64,000 nt of DNA. It comes from Candidatus Omnitrophota bacterium. GTDB lineage: Bacteria > Omnitrophota > Gorgyraeia > Zapsychrales > Zapsychraceae. Below, in pieces: positions 1-9,517 of this stretch. The stretch lies in assembly GCA_018812705.1 (NCBI GenBank), contig JAHJCZ010000028.1:11092-75091 (forward strand), in the 5' to 3' direction. The notes under the pieces are model-generated. The model made no database searches and was not told the DNA's origin. It saw only the letters and a program-made list of their open reading frames with translations. Numbering within the stretch: position 1 is the first letter of the stretch; every line of letters begins with the position of its first letter. The position numbers and the translations under genes were made by a program.

Positions 1-1219
1 TTATAGGTATAGTAGTATTTCGTTCTATTAGTTTTGTACATACACTACCCAAGGTTTCAATGCCCAAAGAAAGTGGAGTAACGTCTAAAAGAAGAACTTC
101 TTTTGCCTCCCCTTTGATAATTCCAGACTGAACAGCTGCCCCTAAAGCAACGCATTCCATAGGATCAATTCCTCTTTCAATTTTTTGTCCAACTTCTTTC
201 TCGACGAACTCTTGAACGATAGGCATACGAGTTGGTCCTCCGACAAGAATGACCTTATCAACGTTTACATCTTCGCCTAGCTTTGCAGTAGCATCCTTCA
301 TAGCCTGAATGATCGGGCCACGACATCTATCAACAACTGAAGAAACCAAACTTTCTAATTTTGATCTCTCGATCTTTAAGGTCATATGTTTTGGGCCTGA
401 TGCATCAGCTGAAATAAAAGGTAAATTAATTTCAGTTTCTATCGTGCTTGATAGCTCAACCTTTGCTTTCTCCGCAGCTTCTCTTAATCTCTGAAAAGCC
501 ATCTTATCATTAGTAAGATCAATTCCTGACTCTTTCTTGAATTCCCCGACGATATATTCAATAAGAATATTATCCATATCCGTTCCACCAAGATAATTAT
601 CACCGCTTGTAGATAGCACCTCGAATGTTGCCGCCTTATGTTCATCATCCCATCCCATTTCAAGAATAGTAACATCCAGTGTTCCACCACCAAAATCAAA
701 GACCATTATTTTCTGCTCTTTACCAGCTTTATCTAAACCATAAGCTAAACAAGCAGCTGTCGGCTCATTGATAATTCTCAAAACTTTTAAACCGGCGATC
801 TCTCCAGCATCTTTTGTGGCTTGTCTCTGGTTATCATTAAAATAAGCTGGGACCGTAATAACAGCCTCATCAACTGTTTCACCCAAGTAGTTTTCAGCGT
901 CTGTTTTGATCTTTTGTAAAATAAAAGCGCTGATCTGCTGCGGAGTGAATTCTTTACCAAATACTTTGAATTTTTCATTTGTTCCCATTTTACGCTTTGC
1001 TGCATAAATTGTTCCTTCTGGATTGACAGGCGCTTGTCTTTTTGCAGGCTCTCCAACAAGCTTTTGTCCATCTTTTGTAAATGCAACAAATGATGGGAAT
1101 GCTTTTCCTGATGCAACCCCTGCTCCTTCAGCAGATGGTAAGATCATCGGTCTCCCGCCTTCCATTACCGATGCTGCTGAGTTTGATGTTCCCAAATCTA
1201 TTCCTATTGCTTTTGCCAT
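1..1219 (-). CDS. dnaK: Molecular chaperone DnaK (Hsp70), N-terminal about 406 aa; C-terminus lies beyond the window start
   Basis: Reverse translation from the ATG at about 1217-1219 gives [22 protein letters not shown]...[10 protein letters not shown]...DLGGGTFDV-type Hsp70 ATPase motifs. A strong AGGGAGGG RBS lies upstream. The gene follows grpE as in the hrcA-grpE-dnaK operon. The protein lacks the roughly 24-aa insert typical of proteobacterial DnaK. Confidence 0.9.
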   Translation of the reverse strand, partial: MAKAIGIDLGTSNSAASVMEGGRPMILPSAEGAGVASGKAFPSFVAFTKDGQKLVGEPAKRQAPVNPEGTIYAAKRKMGTNEKFKVFGKEFTPQQISAFILQKIKTDAENYLGETVDEAVITVPAYFNDNQRQATKDAGEIAGLKVLRIINEPTAACLAYGLDKAGKEQKIMVFDFGGGTLDVTILEMGWDDEHKAATFEVLSTSGDNYLGGTDMDNILIEYIVGEFKKESGIDLTNDKMAFQRLREAAEKAKVELSSTIETEINLPFISADASGPKHMTLKIERSKLESLVSSVVDRCRGPIIQAMKDATAKLGEDVNVDKVILVGGPTRMPIVQEFVEKEVGQKIERGIDPMECVALGAAVQSGIIKGEAKEVLLLDVTPLSLGIETLGSVCTKLIERNTTIPI

Positions 1220-1272
1220 TTTTCCCTCCCTTAAATATTCTTTTAAATCTTTTATTTTATTGTTAACAAAAT

Positions 1273-1944
1273 TTATTCAGCTATTTCTTCAGGACTGCTT
1301 TCAACATCAATTACATATTCTTTTACCTCTTCTGTTTCTTTTGTTTCTTTTTTCTTGGATAACTTAACTTTTGCAGTTCGAACAATTCTATCCTGTAAAG
1401 AATATCCTTTTTGAAATTCTTCCAAAACGATTCCTTCATCAACCTCATCAGTTTCTTCCTGCAATAAAGCCTCGTGACAATGAGGGTCAAAAGCTTTACC
1501 TTTTGCGTCAATTGGCTTTACACCATTCTTCTTAAGCATTTCATAGATCTGCTTCATTACCATTTCAACGCCTTTTTCAAAAGCATCATAATCCTGATGT
1601 TTAGCTTTAGCAGCAGCAATAGTTCTTTCAAGATTGTCTAAAATCTCTAAAAATTCTGCTATCAAGCCAACGTTTGCATATTTTGCAAACTCCATCTTGT
1701 CCCGTTCCATGCGCTTTCTTACATTCTCAAATTCAGCGTAAAGCCGCAGATGCTTATCTTTATATTCGGCGATTTCATTTTCAAGTCTTTTATACTCAGA
1801 TTCTTTGACTTTTATCATTATATCTTTTTTATGCTTAGCTTTAACATCGCTATCCATATTAGCTTTTTCTTCAAAAATTTTATCTTCTTCCATTTTTCCC
1901 TGATCAGCATCTTCTATATTGTCGTTTGTTATATTTTTTTCCAT
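1273..1944 (-). CDS. grpE: Nucleotide exchange factor GrpE. The track ORF runs to 1974 from a TTG; an ATG at about 1944 (MEKNITND...) is the more likely start.
   Basis: GrpE signature region [18 protein letters not shown]...FDPHCHEAL. The position between hrcA and dnaK also fits. Confidence 0.85.
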   Translation of the reverse strand: MEKNITNDNIEDADQGKMEEDKIFEEKANMDSDVKAKHKKDIMIKVKESEYKRLENEIAEYKDKHLRLYAEFENVRKRMERDKMEFAKYANVGLIAEFLEILDNLERTIAAAKAKHQDYDAFEKGVEMVMKQIYEMLKKNGVKPIDAKGKAFDPHCHEALLQEETDEVDEGIVLEEFQKGYSLQDRIVRTAKVKLSKKKETKETEEVKEYVIDVESSPEEIAE

Positions 1945-1957
1945 AATTAACTCTTTT

Positions 1958-2695
1958 TTAATAAATTTCTTCAATCAGCGATGAAAAATAATCGATTGCT
2001 GAAACAACCCTCTCATAGTTCATCCTAGTTGGCCCTAAAACTGCAATTCTACCGGAAGGCCCTTTTTTAGTTTTATATTCTGAGATCACTAAAGAACAAC
2101 TGTTCATTTGAGCACAAGCCATCTCATTGCCTATAAAAATATCTATCCTTTTTTCCAAGTGACGGTTAATGATCTCAAGCAATCTTTCTTTTTCATCTAA
2201 TGCTGCTAATATCTCTTCTATTTTCTGAATATCAGTGTAATCCAAATATCTAACAATATAACTTGTACCCCTACAAAATAGCTTCTTATCCCAACCATCA
2301 ACTGAGATCATGCTTGTATAATGTGTCGTTTCAGATATTGATTTGGACAAATTATCAAATAGCTCTTCTAATTCAAGTTTTTGCTTCTTATATTCTATCT
2401 TGATCCTTGTAGTTTCTTCTTCAAGAAGCTGTATCTCGTTCATTAAGTTATCAACATAATAGCGATAACCTTTTTGAGTAGGAATTCTTCCAGCCGATGT
2501 GTGAGGATGGGTTAAATAACCTTCATGCTCTAACTCCGCTAAAATATTTCTTATAGTCGCAGAACTCAACCCATACAGATGTTCTTTAACAATAAATGAT
2601 GAGCTTACTGGAGCCACAGTTGAAATATATCTGCCAACTGTAATAGCCAATATACTGTCTTTCCTTGCTTTAATCTCTTTTTGTTTTGTGTTCAT
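1958..2695 (-). CDS. hrcA: Heat-inducible transcriptional repressor HrcA (short form, 245 aa)
   Basis: N-terminal winged-helix region similar to HrcA (LSSATIRNILAELEHEGYLTHPHTSAGRIPTQKGYRYYVD). It is the first gene of the hrcA-grpE-dnaK operon and has a CIRCE element upstream. Confidence 0.8.
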   Translation of the reverse strand: MNTKQKEIKARKDSILAITVGRYISTVAPVSSSFIVKEHLYGLSSATIRNILAELEHEGYLTHPHTSAGRIPTQKGYRYYVDNLMNEIQLLEEETTRIKIEYKKQKLELEELFDNLSKSISETTHYTSMISVDGWDKKLFCRGTSYIVRYLDYTDIQKIEEILAALDEKERLLEIINRHLEKRIDIFIGNEMACAQMNSCSLVISEYKTKKGPSGRIAVLGPTRMNYERVVSAIDYFSSLIEEIY

Positions 2696-2757
2696 TTTTA
2701 AATTCAGTACAATTACTTATCCTAGTTAATAGGAAATACTTGCCATCCTGATAAATT

Positions 2758-2784
2758 TTAGCACTCTCGTAGGGTGAATGCTAA
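2758..2784. promoter_or_regulatory. CIRCE operator (HrcA binding site): TTAGCACTC-N9-GAATGCTAA, one mismatch to the consensus right arm GAGTGCTAA
   Basis: Inverted repeat read directly from the sequence, about 65 nt upstream of the hrcA start codon. This is the canonical position for the hrcA/dnaK operon operator. Confidence 0.7.
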
Positions 2785-2896
2785 TTCGGTATTATAACAA
2801 AAAAACTTTTGTTGTCAACTCCGATCTTTAGCATAAATTTAATTTAAAAAGAAAAGGAGTTTTTGGGAGATTTAATAGAGAATGCATCATAAAAAA

Positions 2897-3577
2897 CTAG
2901 CTTTCCTGCAGCTCTTTAGATTTACTTACCAAATATGCCAATTTACCTAAATATTGTTCTATGCTTGAAGGTTCGCTCTTAAGATAATAAATGTTGGGAT
3001 TAGATGCTGCTGATGATGCAAACTCTAAAACAGCGGCCTCTTTATCCATTTTCAACGATACGTAATAATACCCCATTGGGTCTTTATTAATAAATTCACG
3101 AAAAATGTTAGAAGCCTTTTGATCCTGAAGCAATTGTCCTGCTAATAAATAGTCATTAGAATAAACAGTGAAAGAAGCAAATTCCTTAGGAAGTTCAAGA
3201 TCTTTCGATACTTCTCCCTCTTGATCAATCACATCAGAGGCAATAAAGATGTCTGTTTTAACAGTTCTTCTTTTCTGCTTCTCCACAAATTCAAGAACAA
3301 GGCCATCTTCCTTCATTGCTTTTACATATGCTTTATAGAAACTTTCGTTAAGCCCTTTTTCTTCAATATCTTCATAAACATAACTATTCCCATCATAAGT
3401 AAAATCAATTTTGAAACTATTTCCACTACCTTCCATCAGCTCACACTTGCCTTCTAACTGCTTCTCCATTTCCTGAAGATACTTTTCTCTTGTCTTCCTC
3501 TTAATTGGAAACTTCCAAAAATACAAAAGAACTCCACCGATCACAACAAAAATCAAAGTAACATAAAAACTGCTCAT
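2897..3577 (-). CDS. Hypothetical membrane-anchored protein (one N-terminal TM helix, soluble C-terminal domain)
   Basis: 226-aa ORF with an ATG start and a strong GGGGAGG RBS. The hydrophobic N-terminus is LIFVVIGGVLLYFW. I recognise no conserved domain. Confidence 0.5.
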   Translation of the reverse strand: MSSFYVTLIFVVIGGVLLYFWKFPIKRKTREKYLQEMEKQLEGKCELMEGSGNSFKIDFTYDGNSYVYEDIEEKGLNESFYKAYVKAMKEDGLVLEFVEKQKRRTVKTDIFIASDVIDQEGEVSKDLELPKEFASFTVYSNDYLLAGQLLQDQKASNIFREFINKDPMGYYYVSLKMDKEAAVLEFASSAASNPNIYYLKSEPSSIEQYLGKLAYLVSKSKELQES

Positions 3578-3590
3578 AAAAATCCTCCCC

Positions 3591-4538
3591 TTATTCTTCT
3601 AACAATAATTCCCCATTTATATCATAGCTTATACTCATTGTCTTCTTGCCCTTATCATAGGTCTTTTCATTCTTAAGCTTGCCACCTCGATAATAAGTCT
3701 TGAACATACCATCTCTAACATCATCAACAAATTGACCCAATATCTTTAACTCGCCATTTTCAAAATACTCTTTAAACAAGCCTTGCCTTAATCCTCCGAC
3801 AACATTCACTTCTCTTGCAAGCTCTCCTGTCTTATAATATTCCTTGATCACAGCATTCTTAATCTTACCTTCTTCAATAATGCTCTCACTTTTAAGCTCA
3901 CCAGTACTATAATATTCTTTTATAGTTCCTGAAGGAACTCCATTGTATGCCTCAAATGCTTTAACAACTCTTCCCTGTTCATCAAATTCCCTGATCAGCC
4001 CTGTCTGAATTCCATTCTTAAAAACCGTTTGTCTCAACAAATAACCATCTTTGGAGTACTCTTTCATTACCCCATCTTCAACGCCCATTTTATATTGCAT
4101 TTCATAATTATATTTCCCGTCCTTATAGAACTCTTTGAAAGTTCCATCACGCTTGCCCTCAAAAAAATACCCCACGCTTTTTGGCGTTCCATCTTCATAA
4201 AAAGATTTTGATGTTCCGTGCAACTTTCCCTTTTTATAATTTACTTCTAATTCAAGAACCCCGTTCGGATAATACCCCCTAGCTTTCTCCTCAAGGTAAT
4301 CATCAACATAAAGGCCCTCCCCCTTTAGCTTGCCGCTCTTATAGAAAGTATTAAAATATCCGTTTAGCTTAGAATCTTTATAGGTTGCTAGACGTTTAAC
4401 CTCTCCTGTGTCAAAGAACTCCTTAAAAACACCATCCTCCATTACTGCAAATGAAAACGTGGAACAAAAAATAAACAATATTGTTAAAATGCCCCTAACA
4501 ATCTTTTTTATAATATTAATGTTCATTTTGAAAACCAT
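3591..4538 (-). CDS. Secreted MORN-variant (YwqK-like) repeat protein
   Basis: Signal-peptide-like N-terminus followed by about 12 tandem roughly 23-aa repeats of the form G-x-x-KEYY-x-x-G-x-LK-x-E-x-x-Y-x-x-GKK-x-G, typical of MORN-variant repeat proteins. Confidence 0.6.
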   Translation of the reverse strand: MVFKMNINIIKKIVRGILTILFIFCSTFSFAVMEDGVFKEFFDTGEVKRLATYKDSKLNGYFNTFYKSGKLKGEGLYVDDYLEEKARGYYPNGVLELEVNYKKGKLHGTSKSFYEDGTPKSVGYFFEGKRDGTFKEFYKDGKYNYEMQYKMGVEDGVMKEYSKDGYLLRQTVFKNGIQTGLIREFDEQGRVVKAFEAYNGVPSGTIKEYYSTGELKSESIIEEGKIKNAVIKEYYKTGELAREVNVVGGLRQGLFKEYFENGELKILGQFVDDVRDGMFKTYYRGGKLKNEKTYDKGKKTMSISYDINGELLLEE

Positions 4539-4601
4539 TATAGCATCACATATTCAAAAAAATGCAAATTTTATTTCTACAAACTAAGATCCCTTTAACC
4601 T

Positions 4602-5711
4602 TCATAGCTTCAAAAAGATGTCAAATAAGGCATCAGCTATCATCCTATGGACCAAAACACTAGCATGAGGATCATGTTCATTTACAATACGCTTTTTCAA
4701 TGGAAGGTCCTTAACTAGCTCACCTACATCAACAACAGGAATTTTGTAAAACTGAAAATAGCTTTTAACAATATCTATATATTTCTTACTACCCTCAATG
4801 TCGTTTAAAAAAGGGACAACAATAACAATTAAATCGATCTTATGGTCCTTCGCAAATAATCTCAAAAGAGATAATTCATTCAAATGATCTTTTAAGACTT
4901 CACCATCTTTATAACAATCATATAAAGACGCAGAATATTTATTTTGCTCTGCATGTGGGAATTCCCAATAAATATAATCAAGGAAATATGAATTCTTAAC
5001 AAAATATCTCAAGAAAGGACTCATGTCCGAATACAATGGTCTTTTGTAAACAGATTTCCTTTCCCCAGAACAAACTTCCTCAATATCGTTCATAAAATAC
5101 TGTAATATTATTCCTTTAGGTTTTGTTGGAAAATTCAATAACATTGCTAATTCCGTACTACTATTAGCACCATTATTTCCAAAATTAAACACCGAAAAAC
5201 TCTCCGGCAATTTTTTCGCAATAATATCAGAAAATCTATCTTTTGGGTCCTTGATACCGTACCCAGCAGTAAACGAATCCCCTAAAACAAATATCGCTTG
5301 TTTATTCTTAAATCTGTCTTCAGAGTATGGGATATCTCTTGCCCCGGACTGATTTATGGGTTTCCAATAATAATCACTCCATCTCTGCGCTGCTAAACTA
5401 GCTCCTGACCTATGGCTTCTTGGAATAAAAAGGAAAATAGATTCAAAAAGCAGGAAGAAAAACAACAAAGAAAAAATTAAAGACAAAAAGTTCTTTAAAT
5501 GAACATTCTTCAATTGACCCTTAATAACCGCACTATAAAAAATTGCCAACAAAACAAAGATATTCACGAATATCAAGACTAGCTTAATAACTATTTTCAT
5601 TTGCCAAGATACTTGGATACATTGAGCTGTTGTTGTTGCCAACAAAAACCATAACAATAAAAGCTGTGTTGCGAATAAAAATAATAATTTAATTATATTC
5701 TTTTTCAACAT
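4602..5711 (-). CDS. Membrane-anchored SGNH/GDSL-family hydrolase (3-4 N-terminal TM helices plus an esterase/acyltransferase-like domain)
   Basis: GDS block FVLGDSFTAGYG after a hydrophobic N-terminal region. The C-terminal region is compatible with an SGNH fold, with a DxxH-like motif near the end (EHDPHASV). Confidence 0.6.
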   Translation of the reverse strand: MLKKNIIKLLFLFATQLLLLWFLLATTTAQCIQVSWQMKIVIKLVLIFVNIFVLLAIFYSAVIKGQLKNVHLKNFLSLIFSLLFFFLLFESIFLFIPRSHRSGASLAAQRWSDYYWKPINQSGARDIPYSEDRFKNKQAIFVLGDSFTAGYGIKDPKDRFSDIIAKKLPESFSVFNFGNNGANSSTELAMLLNFPTKPKGIILQYFMNDIEEVCSGERKSVYKRPLYSDMSPFLRYFVKNSYFLDYIYWEFPHAEQNKYSASLYDCYKDGEVLKDHLNELSLLRLFAKDHKIDLIVIVVPFLNDIEGSKKYIDIVKSYFQFYKIPVVDVGELVKDLPLKKRIVNEHDPHASVLVHRMIADALFDIFLKL

Positions 5712-5738
5712 AACCTATGGCTCTCTTTAGGCGAATAT

Positions 5739-7019
5739 CTATTTCAAATAAAACTTGCCAACAAGGCTTGAGGGCATTGCTGCTCTAATATTTATCCTGT
5801 CATTATAATACTTAATTGAATAAACTTGACCTTCATCATGGGCAATATTCACTAGGTCCATTCTATTAATAGGCACATCAACATCAATTTCAACAAACAA
5901 GGCTGCTAGTTCTTTTCTGATAACTTCAAGCAATTCATCGATATTTTCTTCATTCCTCGCAGATATACAAACAGCCCTCTGATAATTCCCTTTTAAAGAA
6001 TCTAACCCTTCCAGATCGGCAAGTTTATCGATCTTATTTAAAACAACTATTGTCGGCTTATTCTTAGACTCCAGTTCTTCCAGAACATTTTCCACTGCCT
6101 CATAGCGATGTCTGAAATTCTCATGGCTCACGTCAACCACGTGCAACAAAAGATCTGCCTCTTTAACCTCTTCTAATGTTGCCTTAAAAGACTCGATCAA
6201 ATGATGAGGCAACTCATGCATAAAGCCAACAGTATCAGATAAAATAACTTTTTGATTGTTTGTTAGCACTAATTGCCTGCTTAAAGAATCAAGCGTTGTA
6301 AACAATCCATCTCGCGTGATCTGTTGAGAGCCCGTCATGACATTCAGCAGCGTTGACTTCCCTGCATTTGTATAACCAACTAATGAAATAGCCGGCGATC
6401 CTTTATCTTTTCGTTTTTTTCTTTTTAGAGACCTGTCTGAAACAACGCTCATCAGGTTCTTTTTTAACCTATTGATCCTTTCAGAAATACGCCTTTTATC
6501 AACCTCAAGCTTTGTTTCTCCTGGGCCTAAAGTTCCTATGCCACCTCCCAATCTTGAAAGCTCAACACCCTTACCAGTTAATCTTGGCAACAAATATTCT
6601 AATTGCGCCAACTCAACCTGCATTTTTCCTTCTTTACTCGTAGCTCTTCGTGCAAAAATATCAAGTATTAACTGTGTACGGTCTATCGTTTTAATCTTTA
6701 TCTCATTCTCAAGATTTCTCTTCTGGCTTCCTTTTAGATCATCACTGAAAATAACGGTGTCAACATCTTTCACTCCGCATAATCCTACAATTTCTTCAAC
6801 TTTACCCTCGCCAATAAGATAACGTGCCGACGGGCCATCCAACTTACATATCATACTGTCAACAACTACTCCTCCGCAAGCAACCACCAAGTCATTCATC
6901 TCTTCTAAAGTTTCTTCAACAGACCAGCAGTCCAATCCCTTTCTGACATTCTTATAGTCAACTATTACAAGGAACACTTTTTCTTTTTGCTGATCTTTCA
7001 CAAATTCACTGTTTTTCAT
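5739..7019 (-). CDS. hflX: GTPase HflX
   Basis: HflX N-terminal domain plus G-domain motifs GYTNAGKSTLLN (G1) and DTVGF (G3), with NKID (G4). Confidence 0.85.
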   Translation of the reverse strand: MKNSEFVKDQQKEKVFLVIVDYKNVRKGLDCWSVEETLEEMNDLVVACGGVVVDSMICKLDGPSARYLIGEGKVEEIVGLCGVKDVDTVIFSDDLKGSQKRNLENEIKIKTIDRTQLILDIFARRATSKEGKMQVELAQLEYLLPRLTGKGVELSRLGGGIGTLGPGETKLEVDKRRISERINRLKKNLMSVVSDRSLKRKKRKDKGSPAISLVGYTNAGKSTLLNVMTGSQQITRDGLFTTLDSLSRQLVLTNNQKVILSDTVGFMHELPHHLIESFKATLEEVKEADLLLHVVDVSHENFRHRYEAVENVLEELESKNKPTIVVLNKIDKLADLEGLDSLKGNYQRAVCISARNEENIDELLEVIRKELAALFVEIDVDVPINRMDLVNIAHDEGQVYSIKYYNDRINIRAAMPSSLVGKFYLK

Positions 7020-7029
7020 TTATCTAGTA

Positions 7030-7806
7030 TTAGAACCTTTCTTCCGTTAATGTTATATAATCCTTGAATTCAAGTTTTCCATTAATTTCTTGATTAACAA
7101 TTGCGATTCTTTTTGAAGGATTCGGATGTGTTTTCCAGTAATTGATCTGCTTTAAAGGAGCTTTTTCATGATCCTTTTTAATTTTATTTAAAAATACCAC
7201 CATCTCTCTTGGATCATATCCGGCTTTTTTCATATACTTAACGCTCAACTTATCTGCTAAAAACTCGTCATCCTGAGAATAAGCAACAAACAATGAATTA
7301 ATAGCAAGATTTACTCCTCCAGATACTTCCCCAGCCGTTTGAACTGCCAACAACTGAAGCATCAAAGCGCCATAAACATTTTGCAGTCTTTTAATACTGT
7401 GTTTTGCAGTAATATGTCCTACCTCATGAGCAATAACACCAGCTAACTGATCATCATTATCAACACTGTCATATAAACCTTTGAAAATATATACATAGCC
7501 GCCTGGTAAACTTATTGCATTAAGATCTTCACCTTCAAGAACTTTAATGAAGTATTTCAGGTTCTTCCTGTCACAAACGCCAACGATTCTATCAAGAATA
7601 CCCTCAACTCTTTCATTAACATCTACATCTTCAATAACATCGTATTCATTTTCAATTTTAATAGCAACAGAATCCCCTATACGGATCTCTTTATCCGTAT
7701 CATAAAGAATGACTTCCTGTTTTTTTGTAACAACATTATACTCTGTCACACAACCCAACAGGCAAATCAATACTAATAAATTAAGAATATTGAAAATATA
7801 ACGCAT
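7030..7806 (-). CDS. M48-family zinc metalloprotease lipoprotein (BepA/YcaL-like)
   Basis: Lipobox-like LLGC in the signal peptide. HEXXH zinc motif HEVGHITAKH. The overall M48 architecture is present. Confidence 0.75.
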   Translation of the reverse strand: MRYIFNILNLLVLICLLGCVTEYNVVTKKQEVILYDTDKEIRIGDSVAIKIENEYDVIEDVDVNERVEGILDRIVGVCDRKNLKYFIKVLEGEDLNAISLPGGYVYIFKGLYDSVDNDDQLAGVIAHEVGHITAKHSIKRLQNVYGALMLQLLAVQTAGEVSGGVNLAINSLFVAYSQDDEFLADKLSVKYMKKAGYDPREMVVFLNKIKKDHEKAPLKQINYWKTHPNPSKRIAIVNQEINGKLEFKDYITLTEERF

Positions 7807-7822
7807 TTCGAATTAATTGCTT

Positions 7823-8401
7823 TTACAGAATGGAAACACCGACTTTTTTAAGCATCTTTGCCAGCTTGGCTATCGGCAAACCAATGACATTCCAATAACA
7901 ACCTTCTATCCGACGAATAAAAATACTACCCCAGCCTTCAATATCAAACCCTCCGGCCTTATCTAAAGGAGAAACTTTCACATGATAACGATCGATCTCA
8001 GAATCAGAAAGTGAGTTCATATAGATCTTCGTCTTTTCATAATCAACAATTTCCTTACCAGTATCAACATCAATAACAGCAACACCTGTATAAACCCAAT
8101 GTGGCTTTGAAAAAAGTGTTTTCAAATTATTCTTTGCTTCCTTCAAATTTCGCGGTTTACCAATTATTTTTTTATTGCCGATATATACAACTGAATCAGC
8201 GCCAATAACAATACCATGCTTCTCTTTAGCAGCAACACTTCTGGCTTTGACCAAGGCATTTTCCTTAACCAAAACAGAACACGTGGTTTTGATCTTTTGA
8301 CTTTCAGGGGAATGACTGAGACTGACTCTAAAACTAATACCCAACATCGTTAAGAGTTTTTTTCTTTGAGCTGAACCAGATGCAAGAATTATTTTTTTCA
8401 T
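7823..8401 (-). CDS. maf: Maf-like nucleoside triphosphate pyrophosphatase (septum formation protein Maf)
   Basis: N-terminal ILASGSAQRKKLL and the overall Maf family pattern. Length is 192 aa. Confidence 0.8.
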   Translation of the reverse strand: MKKIILASGSAQRKKLLTMLGISFRVSLSHSPESQKIKTTCSVLVKENALVKARSVAAKEKHGIVIGADSVVYIGNKKIIGKPRNLKEAKNNLKTLFSKPHWVYTGVAVIDVDTGKEIVDYEKTKIYMNSLSDSEIDRYHVKVSPLDKAGGFDIEGWGSIFIRRIEGCYWNVIGLPIAKLAKMLKKVGVSIL

Positions 8402-8955
8402 TTCTTATGTATTTCTGAAATATCAAATAATGAAATAAGCTCACATCCTCTTTGGGCAAGAGCTTCTTTAGCCCCTTCATTTCTATCCACAATACAAATA
8501 GCTTTCTTCACTGGAATTTCCATTTTATCTAACACATCCAATGATTCCAAAAATGCTTTGCCTGTAGTTGCGACATCATCAATTAAAACAATTTTGCTAT
8601 CCTTAGATAAAAGAGGCCCTTCGATCTGCTGCTGTTTGCCATGAGCTTTCGGAGCTTTTCTAATGATAAAAGTATTAACAGGCTTGCCTTGTTGATAACT
8701 TAAAACACCGATAGCTCCAACCATAGGGTCAGCCCCTAAAGTAGGACCTCCGATTGCATCAAGATCATCATATTTCACAATATCTAAAATTAACTTTGCA
8801 CAAAAATATACTCCTTCGGGATTTAAAGTCACTAACCTCGCATCAATATAATAATCGCTCTCTTTTCCGGAAGACAGAATGATCTTTTCCCTGAAATAAG
8901 CATCCCTCGTAATAATATCTAATAATTTTTCTCTACATTCCTGCACGTCACTCAT
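8398..8955 (-). CDS. pyrE: Orotate phosphoribosyltransferase
   Basis: PRPP-binding motif VLIDDVATTGKA. The roughly 185-aa type I PRTase length is typical of PyrE. Confidence 0.8.
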   Translation of the reverse strand: MSDVQECREKLLDIITRDAYFREKIILSSGKESDYYIDARLVTLNPEGVYFCAKLILDIVKYDDLDAIGGPTLGADPMVGAIGVLSYQQGKPVNTFIIRKAPKAHGKQQQIEGPLLSKDSKIVLIDDVATTGKAFLESLDVLDKMEIPVKKAICIVDRNEGAKEALAQRGCELISLFDISEIHKK

Positions 8956-9060
8956 TTATCCTACTCCTAACATTTTAATATTGGGACAAGCACCCTAGAT
9001 AAAATTACTGTTCTAAATGCCCCGATCCTACGTTTATAATAAGTTTATTTCTCCGTCGAT

Positions 9061-9366
9061 CTACTTTATCCATTCATCAATAGGAGAAGCTTCAATTTTC
9101 CTCTCAAGCATTTCTTGCCTTAACCTGATCACCATGCCTAGAAGCTCTTTATATTGCTGATACTCCTTTGGGGCAAAGCCTGATCTTTGATGAAATGTCT
9201 CACTGGCTTTTTTTTCTATCATCACGTCAACGTACACATCTTGTATCTGGCTATCCTTCAAATTCTTGATCTCTTCTTTTGTCAAGATCTTGACTTGATA
9301 AATAAAAGCAAATACAGGAGAACATACTAAAACAAACAGGCACAGTAATACAATTATTTTTTTCAT
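9061..9366 (-). CDS. Small secreted hypothetical protein (101 aa)
   Basis: ATG start and a signal-peptide-like N-terminus (MKKIIVLLCLFVLVCSPVFA). No recognisable domain. Confidence 0.4.
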   Translation of the reverse strand: MKKIIVLLCLFVLVCSPVFAFIYQVKILTKEEIKNLKDSQIQDVYVDVMIEKKASETFHQRSGFAPKEYQQYKELLGMVIRLRQEMLERKIEASPIDEWIK

Positions 9367-9517
9367 ATATCCATTCCTTTTTGATTTTCATTATACAGAG
9401 TTAGAATATTCGATTCAATTCTTTTCTAAGCTTATTACAGCATGATCCTTACAAATATTCGCCTGATCGAAAGTCTAAAAATTTGACATCATATCTTTTA
9501 ATTGCTAATATTATTTC

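Noticed and set aside
309-1367. Plus-strand ORFs (309..494, 1023..1367, 1081..1266) and minus-strand ORFs 484..699 and 787..1116 in the first 1.4 kb
   Set aside because: All lie within or out of frame of the dnaK coding region (minus strand, ending at the ATG at 1219). They have low-complexity translations and no RBS, so they are antisense or off-frame artefacts.
6472-6822. 116-aa plus-strand ORF inside hflX; similar antisense ORFs inside mlaD (29051..29569), mlaE (30616..30972), ispE (55262..55756), alr (15564..16001) and clpC (32548..33093)
   Set aside because: Each is fully embedded antisense in a strongly supported conserved gene, with a Ser/Pro/Leu-rich composition typical of antisense frames of AT-rich genes.
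8956-9060. Possible third copy of the GGGACA palindromic element (GGGACAAGCACCC) downstream of the small secreted-protein gene
   Set aside because: Only a half-site is present with no inverted partner nearby. GGGACA is expected several times by chance at this base composition.
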